Shown one piece after another: positions 40,954 through 42,961 of a stretch of DNA of 42,961 bases. Made by a program: the position numbers and the translations under genes. How positions within the stretch are numbered: position 1 is the stretch's first letter; every line of letters starts with the position of its first letter. The stretch comes from an uncultured Methanosarcinales archaeon (GTDB lineage Archaea > Nanobdellota > Nanobdellia > Woesearchaeales > ARS49), in assembly GCA_964359925.1 (NCBI GenBank), contig CAYHWM010000001.1, positions 1 to 42,961 on the forward strand, in the 5' to 3' direction. Under the pieces are notes generated by a model. That model did no database searches. It saw only the letters and a program-made list of their open reading frames with translations, and had not been told where the DNA came from.

Positions 40954-41322
40954 GTGGTCAAGCACGAACACGTAAGCCACGAACCGCTCTATATGTCTCT
41001 CGATGATCCTGCTTCTGCTCGTAAGAAGTTATTACTCTCAAGCAAAATACTCCTCGAACTTCTCGGGCAACAAGGGTCACTTCAACAACGTCGCTTAGAA
41101 AAAAAGAAAGTTCTCAACCAGTTCACGAGAACGAGGAAAGAACTCCAACAATTATTAGTAAAACTTCATGAGTTCTTGCCTCACAGAAACATTCAACTCC
41201 GTTCCACTCCACAACCAACCGTTGACTCCCTTCCCGCAACAGCTTCGAAGAAAGAAAAAGTGTCCGCCCTCTCCTCAGAACTCTCCCGCATCGACGAAGC
41301 ATTAGGAATGTTAAAGGAGTAA
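40954..41322 (+). CDS. coiled-coil protein, paralog 3 (divergent)
   Basis: EPLYMSLDDPASARKKLLLSSKILLELL...KELQQLLVKLHEFL resembles the paralog core. The track start (ATG 40861) would overlap paralog 2 by 73 nt. The GTG at 40954 keeps the conserved motif without overlap. The start is uncertain. Confidence 0.5.
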   Translation: MVKHEHVSHEPLYMSLDDPASARKKLLLSSKILLELLGQQGSLQQRRLEKKKVLNQFTRTRKELQQLLVKLHEFLPHRNIQLRSTPQPTVDSLPATASKKEKVSALSSELSRIDEALGMLKE

Positions 41323-41380
41323 AGATGTTTTACGATATAGTTTCTCAACTTTTTTGCCGAAAAGTTTATATAGTATAATA

Positions 41381-41398
41381 TACTACATTAATGTAGTA
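41381..41398. promoter_or_regulatory. perfect 18-bp palindrome between the TATA box and the start of the small two-gene operon (operator candidate)
   Basis: TACTACATTAATGTAGTA is its own reverse complement. It lies between AAGTTTATATAG (about 41362-41373) and the GTG start at 41409. Confidence 0.55.
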
Positions 41399-41408
41399 AG
41401 GTGTTTTC

Positions 41409-41624
41409 GTGGTATATTTTACGGAAATAAGACCAACTGAACATTATTTGGAGAATCATGCGAGTGACGTTCCATGGGAGAAGGTTGTTAAACTTATTTT
41501 CACGACGAAAAATCCTCGAAAGAAAGGAGAAAAGTTCGAAATTGAGAATGGGGAGTATTATCTTCTCTTTGAGGTGCAGAATGGAATACTTTTTGTCATT
41601 AATGCGAAACGGGTGAAACTATGA
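41409..41624 (+). CDS. small toxin-like protein (possibly DUF4258-like)
   Basis: It is 71 aa with a GTG start. It reads ...RPTEHYLENHASDVPWEKVVKLI...YYLLFEVQNGILFVINAKR. A 4-nt ATGA overlap links it to the downstream gene. The family assignment is tentative. Confidence 0.5.
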   Translation: MVYFTEIRPTEHYLENHASDVPWEKVVKLIFTTKNPRKKGEKFEIENGEYYLLFEVQNGILFVINAKRVKL

Positions 41625-41932
41625 AATGTCCAACATGTTTGTCGGAAATAAGAAAAGTAATGGTTGCGGTGCATGGAGCTCAACAAAAAGCGGTAAGTTA
41701 TCAGTGTACGAAGTGCGACTATTTTGAGTTTGAACAGTCATCGTCGCAGAAAGTTCTTGAAGAATTAAGAACTGGACCTCTCAAAATAAGACAAAAGATA
41801 GTACAACTCTCCGGGGAGCGAATGGGTATCTACTTCAATAATAATGTTGTCAGAAGTTTAGATCTTAAGAAAGGAGGAGAACTACTGCTCTCCGTACCTG
41901 ACAAAAAACATATCGTGTTAGAAGTGCAGTAG
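41621..41932 (+). CDS. zinc-finger (YgiT/MqsA-like) plus AbrB/SpoVT-like antitoxin-type protein
   Basis: The zinc ribbon is MKCPTCLSE...YQCTKCDY. The C-terminal RMGIYFNNNVVRSLDLKKGGELLLSVPDKKHIVLE resembles a swapped-hairpin AbrB/MazE domain. Confidence 0.55.
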   Translation: MKCPTCLSEIRKVMVAVHGAQQKAVSYQCTKCDYFEFEQSSSQKVLEELRTGPLKIRQKIVQLSGERMGIYFNNNVVRSLDLKKGGELLLSVPDKKHIVLEVQ

Positions 41933-41984
41933 TGGAACAATAAAGAATGTTGAAGGAGTGAAGAATAATGACTCGTCGAGTTAT

Positions 41985-42323
41985 TTACTCTTCCCAAGGA
42001 TGTCCGAGTCCTATCGCTTCATTCTCTCTTCTCATTCGTGTTGACTCTTCTCGTAATGATGCTTCATAGATGCAGTTTTCTTTATAGAAAACTCCTTGTG
42101 GAGTTATTTTTACTTCAAAGTCTTGAAACATTATAATTTGAAAGTCTGCTCTTTCTTCCGGTGACAAATAAAGAAGTGTTTCCCAATAGTTTCTTGGTTT
42201 TTCGAGAAGATCGTAGAATAGTTCATCATCACTGGCACGAGAAAGAAAAGCACTTTCTTGAGCGAACTCTTCTAAAAGTTCAAACAATGTCTTCCTTTCT
42301 TCGGGAGGTGCTTTCGAATCCAT
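41985..42323 (-). CDS. hypothetical acidic protein
   Basis: The start is trimmed from the GTG at 42344 to the ATG at 42323 (MDSKAPPEERK...). This ATG lies about 27-33 nt downstream of the minus-strand TTTATAA (42349-42355). Confidence 0.55.
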   Translation of the reverse strand: MDSKAPPEERKTLFELLEEFAQESAFLSRASDDELFYDLLEKPRNYWETLLYLSPEERADFQIIMFQDFEVKITPQGVFYKENCIYEASLREESTRMRRENEAIGLGHPWEE

Positions 42324-42370
42324 AAAAAAGTCTAGACCTGCCACGAGTTATAAACATTCGGTTTTCCAAA

Positions 42371-42961
42371 CTACTCTCTCGATGGTACTATGTTGATCGT
42401 TTTTTGTATGCTTGTTCTGTACCCGTATCGTAGTTTGATTGATAGTTGTTCTGTGAATTCTGTTGTTTCGGTAGTAGTGTACGTGCATCGTAGTTGTCCT
42501 TTTCCGTTGAGTAGTCGTACGTGTTTTCCTTCCATGAATCCTGTGCATGTTCCTATGAGGTCTCGTTGTCCTATGTTGATTTCTTCTACGAGTATGACGT
42601 CTTGTTCTGAGAATTCTATGCGTGCTGAACTGTAGGGGTTGCATTTTGGTAGTGTTTCTTTTTTGAATGCTTCTCCTCCTCCAGTATTAGAGATTGATAT
42701 TGTTATTCTCGTTTTTCCTGGTGATGATTCTGCGGTGGCGCTCGAAACTTTTACTGGTGCTCCTTGGCTTCCGAGCGTTATTGTTCCTGCCGTGCAACTT
42801 TTTGCTCTTTTGCTCGTCGTGAATGGTGCTGGGTCGATGCAAATGTTCCCTCCGGCTTCCGTAACGTACTCGTAACACGCTGTGGCAGTGAGTGGTATCG
42901 TGTAGGAGTTTTGAGTGTTGAGGAATGCTATGTTCCCTTTGAAGATGGTGACGTCTTTTCC
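42371..42961 (-). CDS. hypothetical Thr/Gly-rich, beta-rich protein, N-terminus outside the window
   Basis: It is not in the ORF track. The minus frame is open from the window edge for 196 codons (GKDVTIFKGNIAFLNTQNSYTIPLTATACYEYVTEAGGNICIDPAPF...LSIKLRYGYRTSIQKTINIVPSRE*), with the stop at 42371-42373. The listed ORFs 42348-42644 and 42687-42878 are off-frame low-complexity readings of the same DNA. Confidence 0.6.
   Translation of the reverse strand, partial: GKDVTIFKGNIAFLNTQNSYTIPLTATACYEYVTEAGGNICIDPAPFTTSKRAKSCTAGTITLGSQGAPVKVSSATAESSPGKTRITISISNTGGGEAFKKETLPKCNPYSSARIEFSEQDVILVEEINIGQRDLIGTCTGFMEGKHVRLLNGKGQLRCTYTTTETTEFTEQLSIKLRYGYRTSIQKTINIVPSRE

Noticed and set aside
42348-42878. 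Track ORFs 42348-42644 (-), 42390-42635 (+), 42639-42875 (+) and 42687-42878 (-)
   Set aside because: They have extreme Arg/His/Thr/Asn low-complexity composition. A third minus-strand frame is open across the whole interval to the window edge and has normal protein composition, so these are off-frame shadows.
1-42961. CRISPR arrays, rRNA genes, transposase or integrase genes
   Set aside because: I saw no regularly spaced direct repeats of 24-40 nt with unique spacers, no rRNA-like conserved stretches, and no ORF with recognisable transposase or tyrosine/serine recombinase motifs. The only mobile-element evidence is indirect (att-like repeats, the MITE-like element, inteins).

Overview
This window is an archaeal chromosomal segment. 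The gene content, TATA boxes about 25-30 nt upstream of start codons (often leaderless) and frequent ATGA stop/start overlaps fit a small-genome, DPANN-like archaeon. It is dominated by information-processing genes. These include an MCM helicase interrupted by two LAGLIDADG inteins, TBP, DnaG, a TrmB regulator, Orc1/Cdc6, both PolD subunits, aIF2-beta, TFE, Hjc, RNase Z, PCNA, FEN1, Trm5, EndA, RNase J, ScpB, NAC and Sec61-beta. A candidate replication origin sits immediately upstream of Orc1/Cdc6, with an inverted pair of ORB-like boxes flanking an AT-rich unwinding element. Two tRNA genes are present, Phe-GAA on the minus strand and Leu-CAA on the plus strand, and both carry nearby partial duplications of their own 3' ends. 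A roughly 570-nt ORF-poor gap (2429-3032) holds a highly structured ncRNA, a weak RNase P RNA candidate, followed by a 165-bp inverted-repeat element flanked by a 10-bp direct repeat (MITE-like). Accessory content comprises a frameshifted VapC plus antitoxin cassette, a second small toxin/antitoxin-like pair with a perfect 18-bp palindrome in its promoter, a BRO-N protein with a coupled zinc-ribbon gene and an HTH protein next to tRNA-Leu, a GIDE-LemA pair, an orphan HerA-like ATPase, and three tandem paralogous coiled-coil genes. The most unusual signal not explained by genes is a set of strictly 7-nt-periodic GTAG/GTGG (CTAC/CCAC) arrays that begin at or within a few nt of stop codons at several loci. 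I found no rRNA and no CRISPR array. All protein calls come from reading the translated ORFs against remembered family signatures, with no database search, so functional names are inferences of varying strength.
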